Of a DNA stretch of 64,000 nucleotides, positions 38,907 through 48,157 are shown one piece after another. Made by a program: the position numbers and the translations under genes. The stretch spans positions 219,757-283,756 of the forward strand of contig CAZXCI010000001.1 in the NCBI GenBank assembly GCA_964639285.1, written 5' to 3'. The number at the start of each line of letters is the position of its first letter. Position 1 is the first letter of the stretch. Source of the stretch: an uncultured Candidatus Saccharibacteria bacterium (GTDB lineage: Bacteria; Patescibacteriota; Minisyncoccia; Phycocordibacterales; XYD1-FULL-46-19). The notes under the pieces are model-generated. The model searched no databases. It saw only the letters and a list, made by a program, of their open reading frames with translations, and was not told the DNA's origin.

Positions 38907-40019
38907 TTAAATCTTAAACTCAATCACATCCCCGTCTTTGACGATATATTCTTTGCCCTCAGTACGAACAAGACCTTGCTCACGTGCTTTACCATAAGAA
39001 CCGGCTTTAAGGAGATCTTGCCAATTGATAATCTCAGCTTTGATAAATTTATCATAGAAGTCGGTGTGGATAGCCGTACCAGCCACCGGAGCCGTTGAAT
39101 CTTTCTTTATCGTCCAAGCCCGGGTCTCATCTTCGCCCGTGGTGAGGAAGGTGATGAGTCCCAGCATCTTATAACTTTCTTTGATCAGGTCATTAATACC
39201 GTCATCTTCGACCCCCAACTCTTTTTTGAAGACTTCTTTATCCTCCTTTTCAAGTTCGGATAGCTCCCCCTCAATTTTGGCATCAACTATCACCCAATTC
39301 GCTTTAATCTTACCTAAATAATCAATCAATTCTTGGTTTACCCCGTTAGAAGTAGCTAATTCATTAGCGTTAGTTCTAATGGGGCCAGAGTGCTTGTTAT
39401 TTAGAACATATAGTATAGGTTTGGCCGACAAGAGATGCATCCCCTTAAGAATTTCTTCTTCCTCTTTGGTTAGGGAAACAGAATTGGCCATTTGCCCCTT
39501 TTTCAAAACTTCTTCAATTTTTACCAGAACGGCATGTTCAGCGATAGCTGTCTTGTCTCCCCGCTTCACGTCATGAGCGAGATTGGCAATTCTTTTACTC
39601 ACCGTCTGGTCATCGGCCAAGATCAATTCGAGATTGATAGTCTCAATGTCATCAATTGGGTCAATGCGATCAGAAACGTGAGTAATATTAGAATCTTCAT
39701 AAATTCTTACCACTTCAATAATAGCATCCACTTCACGGATATGGGACAAGAATTTATTTCCTAGCCCTTCGCCGGCCGAAGCTCCTTTCACCAAACCGGC
39801 AATATCTACGAATTCAATGGCCGCCGGGATTCTTTTGGCCGAATGAGAAAAATCAGCGAGAATATCAACACGCTCGTCTGGCACTGCCACAATCCCCACC
39901 GCCGGATCAATAGTACAGAAAGGGTAATTCTCCGCCGGCACCCCCTTCCGCGTCAATGCGTTAAAAAGCGTCGATTTCCCGACATTTGGCAACCCCACAA
40001 TTCCCACCGAAATATTCAT
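38907..40019 (-). CDS. ychF: redox-regulated ATPase YchF
   Basis: GIVGLPNVGKST, ENYPFCTI and DIAGLVKGAS.GEGLGNKFL motifs; TGS domain. Confidence 0.97.
   Translation of the reverse strand: MNISVGIVGLPNVGKSTLFNALTRKGVPAENYPFCTIDPAVGIVAVPDERVDILADFSHSAKRIPAAIEFVDIAGLVKGASAGEGLGNKFLSHIREVDAIIEVVRIYEDSNITHVSDRIDPIDDIETINLELILADDQTVSKRIANLAHDVKRGDKTAIAEHAVLVKIEEVLKKGQMANSVSLTKEEEEILKGMHLLSAKPILYVLNNKHSGPIRTNANELATSNGVNQELIDYLGKIKANWVIVDAKIEGELSELEKEDKEVFKKELGVEDDGINDLIKESYKMLGLITFLTTGEDETRAWTIKKDSTAPVAGTAIHTDFYDKFIKAEIINWQDLLKAGSYGKAREQGLVRTEGKEYIVKDGDVIEFKI
39341..39384. repeat. short in-frame copy of the CCCGTTAGAA element in ychF
   Basis: ccccgttagaa...ttctaatgggg; encodes GPIRTNANELATSNGV. 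Confidence 0.7.
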
Positions 40020-40063
40020 TCTCTGATTCTATAGAAAAATCAACAAAAAAGCGAGTTACAAAA

Positions 40064-40093
40064 TCCCGCTGGTGCGCATGCGCACCAGCGGGA
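40064..40093 (-). terminator. 30 bp perfect palindrome, likely the terminator of the 40119 gene
   Basis: tcccgctggtgcgcatgcgcaccagcggga with a T-run on the minus strand. Confidence 0.6.
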
Positions 40094-40118
40094 CACAACA
40101 TCTCTCAACAAAAAATAA

Positions 40119-41150
40119 TCATTCGATCTCAGCCTCAGGGAAAAGTTGGGAAAAAAGTTCTCTAATAACCTGAACCTCCCTTCCGTCGAGGGAATCGCGT
40201 TTGTTGTCGAAAGGTTTGACATTACCCTCTCTAACTTCACTCATGAGGTAAGCAATCCGAGAGCAGATACCCTTAACGTCGGACATTCGTTGAGGCCTCT
40301 CTTGGATTGTATATTTCTCAGTTTGACGAGAAGATTGCGATCGTTGAAAACTATCCAAGAGTAGTTCCAGCCGTTCCCGCCTAAAATATTCGGGGGAGCA
40401 AACATGAACACCTCCCTGAGATTCACACCAAATAGAATATGCGACCAAATTTTTTGAGATCGGTCTTCCAACAAGAGATGGGTCAAGGGCCTGAGAGAAA
40501 TCGGTAAGGAATTCCAGACGTTGCCTCATCCTTTCTAGGCGTTTCTCTCTTTGTTGCAGAACTTCGTTAACAGTTTTGTAAATCTCTTCCACAATGTGAA
40601 GAGAGAAGGCATAGCGAAAAAAATCGACAAGGAAAAGAGAATTTTCCTCCTCTTCCAAGATTCTCTCCATTTCTTTTCTCTCGTTTTGACCTCGGAAGAA
40701 TTCCTCTTTCCAGGTTATATCAATGTACCCTGAAAACATTTTGCTCAACCCCAAAGAATCTACTTCTACGGCAGAGCAGTACTCCTGACCAGATGGCGAC
40801 AAATTGATAACCCACTCCCCCTTACGATTAAGGCCTAAACGTAAGGAACCTCGACGATAGAGCAACATGACCCTCCTTGGCTCTAAATCTTGAGCTTCAT
40901 CGGAGCCGGGCCAATAATTAAGGGGCCGGTCAAGCCATTGGACAAAGGGGAAGAGAATTTCTAGGAACCCCTGCAAAACTTCGGGGGTTAAACAGGTTCC
41001 TCCCCTTTTTCCCACTCTTTCTGCTAGTCCCAACTGTCTCATTTTTTGAGCAATAGTTAGAACAGGGAAATCATCAGATTCTCTTTTTGTCATGACAATG
41101 ATCCTTTTCTGTTTCGAGGGCGAACCCTCATTTGAGAAAATCCATCCCAA
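40119..41150 (-). CDS. orphan hypothetical protein
   Basis: 343 aa ORF; start uncertain. Confidence 0.65.
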   Translation of the reverse strand: MGWIFSNEGSPSKQKRIIVMTKRESDDFPVLTIAQKMRQLGLAERVGKRGGTCLTPEVLQGFLEILFPFVQWLDRPLNYWPGSDEAQDLEPRRVMLLYRRGSLRLGLNRKGEWVINLSPSGQEYCSAVEVDSLGLSKMFSGYIDITWKEEFFRGQNERKEMERILEEEENSLFLVDFFRYAFSLHIVEEIYKTVNEVLQQREKRLERMRQRLEFLTDFSQALDPSLVGRPISKNLVAYSIWCESQGGVHVCSPEYFRRERLELLLDSFQRSQSSRQTEKYTIQERPQRMSDVKGICSRIAYLMSEVREGNVKPFDNKRDSLDGREVQVIRELFSQLFPEAEIE

Positions 41151-41333
41151 TGATGGAATCTAGTCCTATTAATACCCCTAAAAATGATCTTTGTCTAGTT
41201 TGAGAATCTGCTCTGGCTAAAATTCTCAATCTGTGGTAGGAATAAGAGTAGGTTGCAGTTTATTGTTCAAACGATTGCGCTTCTGAAGACGCGTAATCGT
41301 AACAGGAATAAATTCAGGAAAGGAGGAGCCGTC

Positions 41334-41528
41334 ATGTCCAGAAAAGCAAGTTTCCATGTTACCTTGCCAAATGGTACCACTATTACTGTTAGAGCAAGTA
41401 GCCGAAGGGTTGCGATCAATACCCTGTGTGCCAAGTCAGGCTATTCGCTCCAAGAGATTAAAAGCTTTGGTGTCTATGGCTCTGGGGCCCATAGCGGTAA
41501 GAAATCTCGCAAGAAAGTCTATTGGTAG
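41334..41528 (+). CDS. small basic hypothetical protein (MSRKASFHVTLPNG...)
   Basis: SD AAGGAGGAG; terminator ccccgccagc...gctggcgggg downstream. Confidence 0.6.
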   Translation: MSRKASFHVTLPNGTTITVRASSRRVAINTLCAKSGYSLQEIKSFGVYGSGAHSGKKSRKKVYW

Positions 41529-41614
41529 TCGTGGTAACCAGTTACCAACTGGCCGTCGTCATTACGGGCCCCGCCAGCACTTCAGTTTGCTGGCGGGGTT
41601 AATTTTTTATTTAA

Positions 41615-42166
41615 TTATATTTTCTCATAACGAGCTCCGCCTTTGTCTCCAGTCCGGCGAATTCGCCCAGCCTTAATCAATTCATTAAGATAATTAGTTG
41701 CCGAGGTGTCAGAGACATGCAGAAGTTTTTCCACCATATCATTAGTGATTTGCGATTTTTTTTCGAAGAGGGTCATCAGACGGTCAAGCCTTTTCTTTTT
41801 TCGAATTTGAAAGCCAATTTTGGCTTTAGCCCGAAGCCAAGCCATGAAGCTGGCTGAAGGTTTCATTTGACTATAATCCTCAATTTTTTCTACCGATTTT
41901 GTCTCCCCTGCTGGTACCGTCACTACGACTTGCTCGGTTGAAATGATCGGTTCGTTAATAGTGGTCGGAGTAGGAGCTGGTTCTGGGACAGGTGCTGGCT
42001 CTGGAGATATCGGAGGAGTAACTGGAACTTCTGCCACAGGGGTTTCTGAGACAACCATCGGTTCGGAGATTATCTCTGGAGATACTGCTTCCGAAGTTGG
42101 AGTTACTTCTTCTAGAGTTATTGCTTCTTGAGTTTCAACTGGCTCTATTTTTTCTTCGTCTGCCAT
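41615..42166 (-). CDS. Pro/Glu-rich protein with a C-terminal DeoR-like winged HTH
   Basis: ITNDMVEKLLHVSDTSATNYLNELIKAGRIRRTG motif. Confidence 0.7.
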   Translation of the reverse strand: MADEEKIEPVETQEAITLEEVTPTSEAVSPEIISEPMVVSETPVAEVPVTPPISPEPAPVPEPAPTPTTINEPIISTEQVVVTVPAGETKSVEKIEDYSQMKPSASFMAWLRAKAKIGFQIRKKKRLDRLMTLFEKKSQITNDMVEKLLHVSDTSATNYLNELIKAGRIRRTGDKGGARYEKI

Positions 42167-42174
42167 AATTCTAA

Positions 42175-42402
42175 TTATTTCTTCCCAAAAATTTGGGCCA
42201 ATTCGGCTTGATACTTGGTCGTCACCGCCAAAGCAGCTTCTTGATAACCCATTTTATCCTTCTTCACCCTCTCTTCGATCTCCTCACCCAGTTTCTGGAA
42301 GAGGCCGGGGTTCTTCTTTACCACCTCCATCATTCCTTCTAATTGCGAACCATCTACCCCCATACTCTTCAATTGACGCTTAACAAAAAATTCTTTTAAC
42401 AT
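42175..42402 (-). CDS. small hypothetical protein
   Basis: ATG at 42402 (MLKEFFVKRQLKSMG...). Confidence 0.6.
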   Translation of the reverse strand: MLKEFFVKRQLKSMGVDGSQLEGMMEVVKKNPGLFQKLGEEIEERVKKDKMGYQEAALAVTTKYQAELAQIFGKK

Positions 42403-42461
42403 AAGTTTTGATTTTAAAGATGTTAAGTAATAATTTAAAATCTTAAGTAATACCGTGCTCG

Positions 42462-42487
42462 CACTGCGAAGCTTCAGCGAAGCAGTG
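42462..42487. repeat. GCTTCGCTGAAGCT-type hairpin abutting the tRNA 3' end
   Basis: cactgcgaagcttcagcgaagcagtg; core similar to 11404-11420 and 51455-51470. Confidence 0.6.
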
Positions 42488-42559
42488 GACCGCACCGGGA
42501 TCGAACCGGTTACCTCCCGCTTGCAAAGCGGGTGCTCTAGCCAGATGAGCTAGCGGCCC
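42486..42559 (-). tRNA. tRNA-Ala (TGC)
   Basis: Cloverleaf with GGGCCGC/GCGGTCC acceptor containing G3:U70; anticodon stem CCCGC-TTTGCAA-GCGGG; GGTTCGATCCC. Confidence 0.95.
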
Positions 42560-42564
42560 AACAA

Positions 42565-42600
42565 TCGTAATTAAACCAAATTTTGGGGTAAAAAGGAAGG
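42565..42600. repeat. 36 bp direct repeat, copy 1 (tRNA upstream region)
   Basis: 35/36 identical to 43306-43341. Confidence 0.85.
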
Positions 42601-42605
42601 AAAAG

Positions 42606-43151
42606 CTATACCCGCCAATTTTCAATTTGTTCTCTAAGCAACAAAATATTGTCAGTGGATTCTTTAATCATTCCCAAAGATGGGCCGTCGGAAAAACCAA
42701 CATACTCTACACTTTTACCCCTAGTCTTGACATAACGAATTGCGGGGATTAGATCCGTATCAGAACTGACGATAATCGCCGTATCATAATTATTCTCGAC
42801 AGCGCCAATCACAAGATCTATCGCAATCTGAACATCAACACCTTTTTCTCTAATTTTATTATCATAGACAACTCGGCCCCGTTTAATTTCAAACCCCTCG
42901 TTTTCCAAACCGCTCAAAAGCTTCTGTTGGCTTTCTACCATCTTTTGACTTTTATCACTTTGATCATAATTCCTTACAATACCAATATAATAATTTTTAG
43001 ACGCAATTCCCCTTTCCCTGGCCAAAAATTGGCAAAATTTAGAGTAATCAAATCTTGTCCCTTTCGGAATGAGATTACCATGGCGAATTTTTCGGAAAAA
43101 ATTCCCACCGTCAATAAATATTGCTACACACTTTTCTTTTTGATCATCCAT
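42606..43151 (-). CDS. NYN-domain (PIN-like, LabA/DUF88) nuclease
   Basis: IFIDGGN, EKGVDVQIAID and IVSSDTDLIPAI motifs. Confidence 0.9.
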   Translation of the reverse strand: MDDQKEKCVAIFIDGGNFFRKIRHGNLIPKGTRFDYSKFCQFLARERGIASKNYYIGIVRNYDQSDKSQKMVESQQKLLSGLENEGFEIKRGRVVYDNKIREKGVDVQIAIDLVIGAVENNYDTAIIVSSDTDLIPAIRYVKTRGKSVEYVGFSDGPSLGMIKESTDNILLLREQIENWRV

Positions 43152-43264
43152 AAATCAAAAGTATTATATCGCAAATTTTTGATAACCAAAACCGCCCTTA
43201 CTCTTACGAGCAGGGGCGGTGAGGTTAATGTCTTAAATTATAGACCTATTGTCTGAGAAGTCAA

Positions 43265-43304
43265 GGGGCCTTGCCGGGATCGAACCGGCCACCTTTCCTG
43301 TGCA
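43265..43304 (-). pseudogene. 3' half tRNA fragment
   Basis: TGCACAGGAAAGGTGGCCGGTTCGATCCCGGCAAGGCCCC: T-arm and acceptor-like 3' strand. Confidence 0.6.
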
Positions 43305-43305
43305 G

Positions 43306-43341
43306 TCGTAATTAAACCAAATTTTGGGGCAAAAAGGAAGG
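43306..43341. repeat. 36 bp direct repeat, copy 2
   Basis: tcgtaattaaaccaaattttggggcaaaaaggaagg. Confidence 0.85.
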
Positions 43342-43367
43342 TAGATAAGATTTCTCCTCTGCTAAAC

Positions 43368-43397
43368 TTGACAATTCATGCCATTTAGGTGTATAAT
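43368..43397 (+). promoter_or_regulatory. sigma70 promoter
   Basis: TTGACA-N18-TATAAT. Confidence 0.65.
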
Positions 43398-43464
43398 AAT
43401 AGAGTATCTGAACACAATAAAATTAAATACACCTAGAAACCACAAAAACGAGAGGAGATGAATA

Positions 43465-43836
43465 ATGACCGAAAAGCTTAAGGACGGGTACATTTTGTAC
43501 CAACCTAAGAACCACAAGGTTCTTGTGGTCGATCATTTTGAGGTTTGGGTGGGACTTCCCCTGGACCTCGAGTTCTACGATGCTAGGGCTCGAAATCCGC
43601 GGTATATTGGTCTAAGGGCCGAGACAGACCAAGCTTATGCATGGGTCGATCCAGGAGCCGTGCCTATTATCAAGGCCGACCCAAAGACCTTACTCTTGGC
43701 TCTCGGAAAGAGGACAAGTAAGAGAATGGAGTTCTACTCCGTTTTCATCCCCTCTCAAGAAGACCCGGTCGCTTTCGCGAAGAGTTTCGCGGAAGAGAAA
43801 CTAAGGAGCCTTTACCGGGGAAGAGGCCATCATTAA
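43465..43836 (+). CDS. orphan hypothetical protein
   Basis: Own promoter, SD GAGGAG, and terminator at ~43863-43899. Confidence 0.65.
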   Translation: MTEKLKDGYILYQPKNHKVLVVDHFEVWVGLPLDLEFYDARARNPRYIGLRAETDQAYAWVDPGAVPIIKADPKTLLLALGKRTSKRMEFYSVFIPSQEDPVAFAKSFAEEKLRSLYRGRGHH

Positions 43837-43906
43837 GAGCCCCCCCCTATCAAGAATCCCGCAAAGGGCGACATCAATGAAAGATGCCGCCCTTTATTTA
43901 TATTTG

Positions 43907-43979
43907 TGGACCATACCGGAATCGAACCGGTCACCTCTCCCATGCCATGGGAGCGCTCTACCAAATGAGCTAATGGCCC
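43907..43979 (-). tRNA. tRNA-Ala (GGC)
   Basis: GGGCCAT/ATGGTCC acceptor with G3:U70; CTCCC-ATGGCAT-GGGAG; GGTTCGATTCC. Confidence 0.95.
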
Positions 43980-44038
43980 TTTGTTAATTTATCTCATCTT
44001 TCAAAAATCTTCTCCCCGCTGAACTTTTTAAATACAAC

Positions 44039-44110
44039 GTAAGGCGGGCGCTCCCCGCCCGACTGAACGATTTCAGTCGTTCGGGCGGGTACCAAATGAG
44101 CTAATGGCCC
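44039..44110 (-). pseudogene. 5' half tRNA remnant interrupted by a 36 bp palindrome
   Basis: GGGCCATTAGCTCATTTGGTA[36 bp, 44054-44089]GAGCGCCCGCCTTAC; no 3' half follows. Confidence 0.7.
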
Positions 44111-44199
44111 TTACGCCCGTTATATTACCAAACTTTCCTCCCTTTGTGAAGTAAAATAAAACCCCCAAACTGGGGGTTTTATTTTACGATCGCTAGTCT

Positions 44200-45525
44200 T
44201 TACCAAAACTTCCAGAACGGTTTCTTCGCTGGTGAGCTCGAAGCCGTTGAGGTCGAAGGAATTTCTTCGCCAGTGACAGGATCCACAATCCCCGTCCCCG
44301 CTGTTGGAGCTTTTGTCCCCAAGACTTGAGAAGCCTGTGGATGCTTAAGCTCATAAATCTTAATGGCAAAGTGATTTTTTCTTTTCTTCAGAAGGCGCAA
44401 CCTCTTTTCTACCGGTGTTAAATTTGACCTGTCTCTAACCTGAGAAGAAATCTTCTCTGTCGAGGTCCCCAAAACTTGACCCAAAACTAGGTTAACTGAT
44501 CCGTTCGGTCCCCAACCTGGAGCAAAACCACTACTATGACTACCCGAACTTGGGGCTTCAATCTTTACTTCTCCACCTTGGGCAACCTCCTGATTACCAA
44601 CATAATCAATACCGTAAACTTTTAGCAAATAGGTGCCGGGTGTTGTTAGGGTAAAGGGCCCAGCATAAACAGTATAATTAGCCCCGTCATCGGTTGAATA
44701 ATAAATTTTATCAAGACCACTTTCGCTATCGACACTATCCAAGGTGACAACAACGCTATTGGTCGTAGGAGTGCCAAAGGAATAAGGGGCTGAACCAGAC
44801 TCAGCACTGATGGTCGTCACAGGGGCTGTCGCATCAACAGTTACTGCCTGATCACCACTTTGTGAATGTTGAAAGTTGTCGTAAGCCTGAACAATAATCT
44901 TTGTAATCATCTGATCTGAAGTGTCAACATCATTGAGGGTACAACTTGTTACCGTAGAACCCCAATAACTAACAGTCCCATTGTCATAACCAAACTCGCA
45001 GTCTCTAATCCCGGTTCCGGCATCAGAAACGTCCACACTTAAGTCCGAAGAAACTCCAATATAAGTTGTCGATCCTACAATCCGACTTGGAGTAACAGTA
45101 ATGGCTCCAACAACGGGAACGTCATTATCGACAATAATCGTCTTGCTAGTGTCAGTGGCCGTAGTACTCGCACTAGTGTAGACAACCTGCACAGTATAAG
45201 TCCCATCAGCAACGAAATTATTAGAGGAATCCTTCCCGTTCCAAACCCGAGAAAAAGTACTAGAAGCGGCAACATTGTAAAAATGTTTAATCGCAACGTC
45301 AGAGCTGTTGCGGAGATACATATCAATATCAACCGGACCTGAGAACTCAAGATCAATACTTGCACTTTTTGCAAGAAGCCCGGAAGTGTCCTCAGGAGCA
45401 ATGACAGGATTATCAATAGTGAAGACATCCAAGGTCGCCGGAGTGATCGCGCTAGCCGGTAAAGCCAAGAAGAAAAGTCCTAAAATCAAGCTGAGCTTGA
45501 GACTAAATAAAAGTTTTTTATCCAT
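44200..45525 (-). CDS. secreted/surface protein with Ig-like (FlgD-Ig-type) domains
   Basis: Signal peptide; WNGKDSSNNFVADGTY and VDATAPVTT motifs. Confidence 0.7.
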   Translation of the reverse strand: MDKKLLFSLKLSLILGLFFLALPASAITPATLDVFTIDNPVIAPEDTSGLLAKSASIDLEFSGPVDIDMYLRNSSDVAIKHFYNVAASSTFSRVWNGKDSSNNFVADGTYTVQVVYTSASTTATDTSKTIIVDNDVPVVGAITVTPSRIVGSTTYIGVSSDLSVDVSDAGTGIRDCEFGYDNGTVSYWGSTVTSCTLNDVDTSDQMITKIIVQAYDNFQHSQSGDQAVTVDATAPVTTISAESGSAPYSFGTPTTNSVVVTLDSVDSESGLDKIYYSTDDGANYTVYAGPFTLTTPGTYLLKVYGIDYVGNQEVAQGGEVKIEAPSSGSHSSGFAPGWGPNGSVNLVLGQVLGTSTEKISSQVRDRSNLTPVEKRLRLLKKRKNHFAIKIYELKHPQASQVLGTKAPTAGTGIVDPVTGEEIPSTSTASSSPAKKPFWKFW

Positions 45526-45755
45526 AAATATCTATAAAGATTAATAATTAAAAATACCAATAATTTATTCTATATAACTACCTTAACTAGGATTAAAGTC
45601 AAGATATCTCTGGAGAGGAAAAAGATGAGAAAACAGTCATTCTAAAAGACAAAAATGCCTGTCCAATAGAAAAGCCCCGAGTTAAGGGATTTTACAGAAA
45701 CCAAAAATCCCCCAGCAAAGCTGAGAGAGCAAAAAAACTGTGGATAACTCTATAT

Positions 45756-46733
45756 TTAGTGTCTAGCCATTGCCAAAGTGACAATGTGGTCAAGGAATTG
45801 ATCATAAGGAATCCCCGCCGCCAACAGGGACTTAGGAATCAACGATTCTTCGGTTAGACCCGGCAAAGTGTTAACCTCAAGAGCATAGATTCCTCGGGGC
45901 GAGAGAATGAAGTCAGAACGGGAATAATGCCTCAAACCGAGAACTTTGTGGATTTCTCGCGATAATCTCTCCAACTCCGCCTTTTCCTCTCGACTAAAGC
46001 GTCCTGGGCAAATCTCTGAAGTGATACCAGTATACTTGGACTCATAGTCAAAAAGCTTTTTATTGCTTGGAGTAACTATCTCAATCGGCAAAAGTAGGTA
46101 ATGATCTTGACCTCGAAGACCATCGACAACTCCGCAAGTCGCTTCTTTACCCTTAATATACTCTTCGACCAAGATCGAATCACTGAATTTAAAACAAGCT
46201 TCTATTGACTGAACAAGCTCTGGGTAAGTGCGGGCCAGGTAGAGACCAACCGAAGAACCACTCCCCACCGGCTTGATAATCCACGGAGGAGAAATTCGCT
46301 GGAAGGCGTCGTAAGCGATGGCTTCGACTTCAGTTTGATAATCTCTCTTCAAGACGACGCCACTAGGGACCTTAATCCCCGCTTTTTTAAAAATTTCTTT
46401 GGCCCGAACTTTATCCATCCCAAGGGCTGAAGCTACCGTTCCCGAGCCAGTATAAGGAGTATTAAGGGCATCGAGAATTTGCTGAACTTGTCCATCCTCG
46501 CCAAACTCGCCGTGCAAGGCGTTGAAGATAACGTCAACACTACGCACCGCTCTTTCTGGGGATGTTGGCAGACCATTCACATGCCAAGCTCCATCACGAG
46601 ATAAGAGCATATCTATTGGCTGATACTTGTCAGCTGGCAAATTCTTAAGAACACTGGCGCCAGTCTTAAGCGACACTTCGTATTCGTGCCCGATTCCACC
46701 ACGCAAAATTCCAACTTTGATTGGGACTCCCAT
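45756..46733 (-). CDS. ddl: D-alanine--D-alanine ligase
   Basis: GGIGHEYEVSL, LHGEFGEDG, GSSVG and EVNTLPGLT motifs. Confidence 0.95.
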   Translation of the reverse strand: MGVPIKVGILRGGIGHEYEVSLKTGASVLKNLPADKYQPIDMLLSRDGAWHVNGLPTSPERAVRSVDVIFNALHGEFGEDGQVQQILDALNTPYTGSGTVASALGMDKVRAKEIFKKAGIKVPSGVVLKRDYQTEVEAIAYDAFQRISPPWIIKPVGSGSSVGLYLARTYPELVQSIEACFKFSDSILVEEYIKGKEATCGVVDGLRGQDHYLLLPIEIVTPSNKKLFDYESKYTGITSEICPGRFSREEKAELERLSREIHKVLGLRHYSRSDFILSPRGIYALEVNTLPGLTEESLIPKSLLAAGIPYDQFLDHIVTLAMARH

Positions 46734-47114
46734 TTATTTTAAAACCTCTTTAATCTTTAAGACGACATCATCGAGAGTAAAATTAGCCTTCACTAAGAAA
46801 TCGATCGCTCCAAGGTTGTGAGCTTTCTCAATGTCCTCCTTCTGGCCAAGGTTAGAAAAGACTATGACCGGGATATCTTTGGTCTTCTCATCAGCCTTGA
46901 TTTTCTTAAGGACTTCGAAACCATCAATACCCGGGAGAAGAAGGTCAAGAAAGATTAGGTTCGGCATTTCTTTTGGAATAAGATCGATCGCATTCTGGCC
47001 ATCAACAGCGACAACAACCTTAAAACCTTCTGTCTCTAGGCGTTTGGCATTGAGCGATCGAAGGAATTCGTCGTCTTCAACGATTAGAACTTTTTTGACA
47101 TCAGCGTTTTCCAT
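46734..47114 (-). CDS. single-domain response regulator (receiver)
   Basis: VEDD, LDLLLPGIDG and GAIDFLVK motifs. Confidence 0.92.
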   Translation of the reverse strand: MENADVKKVLIVEDDEFLRSLNAKRLETEGFKVVVAVDGQNAIDLIPKEMPNLIFLDLLLPGIDGFEVLKKIKADEKTKDIPVIVFSNLGQKEDIEKAHNLGAIDFLVKANFTLDDVVLKIKEVLK

Positions 47115-47145
47115 ATTTTTATTATTAAATGATTAATTAACCAAA

Positions 47146-48150
47146 TTATACTTTTTTCTGATGTAAAGGTAAAGAGAAGGAAAAAGAGGTTCCTTGATTG
47201 CCCACTGACAAATCTCCACTAGAGCGATTCTCAAACCAGATAGCTCCATGGTGCTTCTCGATGATATCTCGGGCAATGAAGAGGCCCAGGCCAGAGCCAT
47301 CGGGCTCGCTTTTTATCGCATTAGACGCTCTAAAGAATTTTTGGAAGACTTTCTCAGACTCACTCGACGGAATACCGATCCCCGAATCAGTGACAATCAC
47401 TTCAAGAGCCCCCTCGGCACTATTTACTCGCTCATCAGAGATCCTAATCGTGACTTTGCCTCCCTCCGGTGTATATTTAATGGCGTTATCGATAAGGTTC
47501 TCGATGACCATCCGAATTTTATCATCATCTATTTCTACTTTGGGAATAGTATTTTGGGGTCGGAGAAAGAGGAAATTAATCTTCTTTAATGCCGCTTGAC
47601 TAGTAAATTCAAAAATGACATTAGAAATAAGCTTAACTAAGTCAGTTGGCTGGAAGTGATAATCAACCCGCTCGGCATCCATTGAGTCCACTTTGAGCAA
47701 ATCATTGACAATAGAGATTACTCGCTCAGTACTAACCAAACCTTGGAGTAGGTATTTCTTCTGTTCATCTGTCACGGCACCAAGTTGGCCCTTCGCCGCC
47801 ATATCAAGAGTCCACTTAACTGCCGCCAGTGGTGTTCTCAATTGATGAGTCGTTACAGAAATAAATTTTGATTTCGCTTCTTCTAGAGATTGGAGTTTCC
47901 TATTAGCTAAAGTTAGGCCCAATTCTTTAGAATAGAGTTCGCGGTTTTTCTCTTCGAGCTCATTGTTGACCTTCTCTAATTCCTTAATCTGCTGAGTCTT
48001 AAGATTTGCTTCATTAATGAGAATCTTGAGGCGACTTTCTTTGCTTTGAGAAAAACGTCCCAGATAAAAAACCAGTAAGCCAAAAATAATTAGCAAAATC
48101 CAAAAAGCTGGAATAGAGACAAAAGAGAAATCTAATAAAGATTCTACCAC
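47146..48150 (-). CDS. sensor histidine kinase
   Basis: HQLRTPL, NLIDNAIKYT, DSGIGI and GSGLGL motifs; GTG at 48150 lies 6 nt after TATAAT. Confidence 0.92.
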   Translation of the reverse strand: MVESLLDFSFVSIPAFWILLIIFGLLVFYLGRFSQSKESRLKILINEANLKTQQIKELEKVNNELEEKNRELYSKELGLTLANRKLQSLEEAKSKFISVTTHQLRTPLAAVKWTLDMAAKGQLGAVTDEQKKYLLQGLVSTERVISIVNDLLKVDSMDAERVDYHFQPTDLVKLISNVIFEFTSQAALKKINFLFLRPQNTIPKVEIDDDKIRMVIENLIDNAIKYTPEGGKVTIRISDERVNSAEGALEVIVTDSGIGIPSSESEKVFQKFFRASNAIKSEPDGSGLGLFIARDIIEKHHGAIWFENRSSGDLSVGNQGTSFSFSLPLHQKKV

Positions 48151-48157
48151 CCTTATA

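Noticed and set aside
43265-44110. Split (trans-spliced) tRNA formed from the 5' half at 44039-44110 and the 3' half at 43265-43304
   Set aside because: The anticodon stems do not pair (CCCGC vs AGGAA) and the anticodons differ (TAC vs TGC); they look like remnants of different genes
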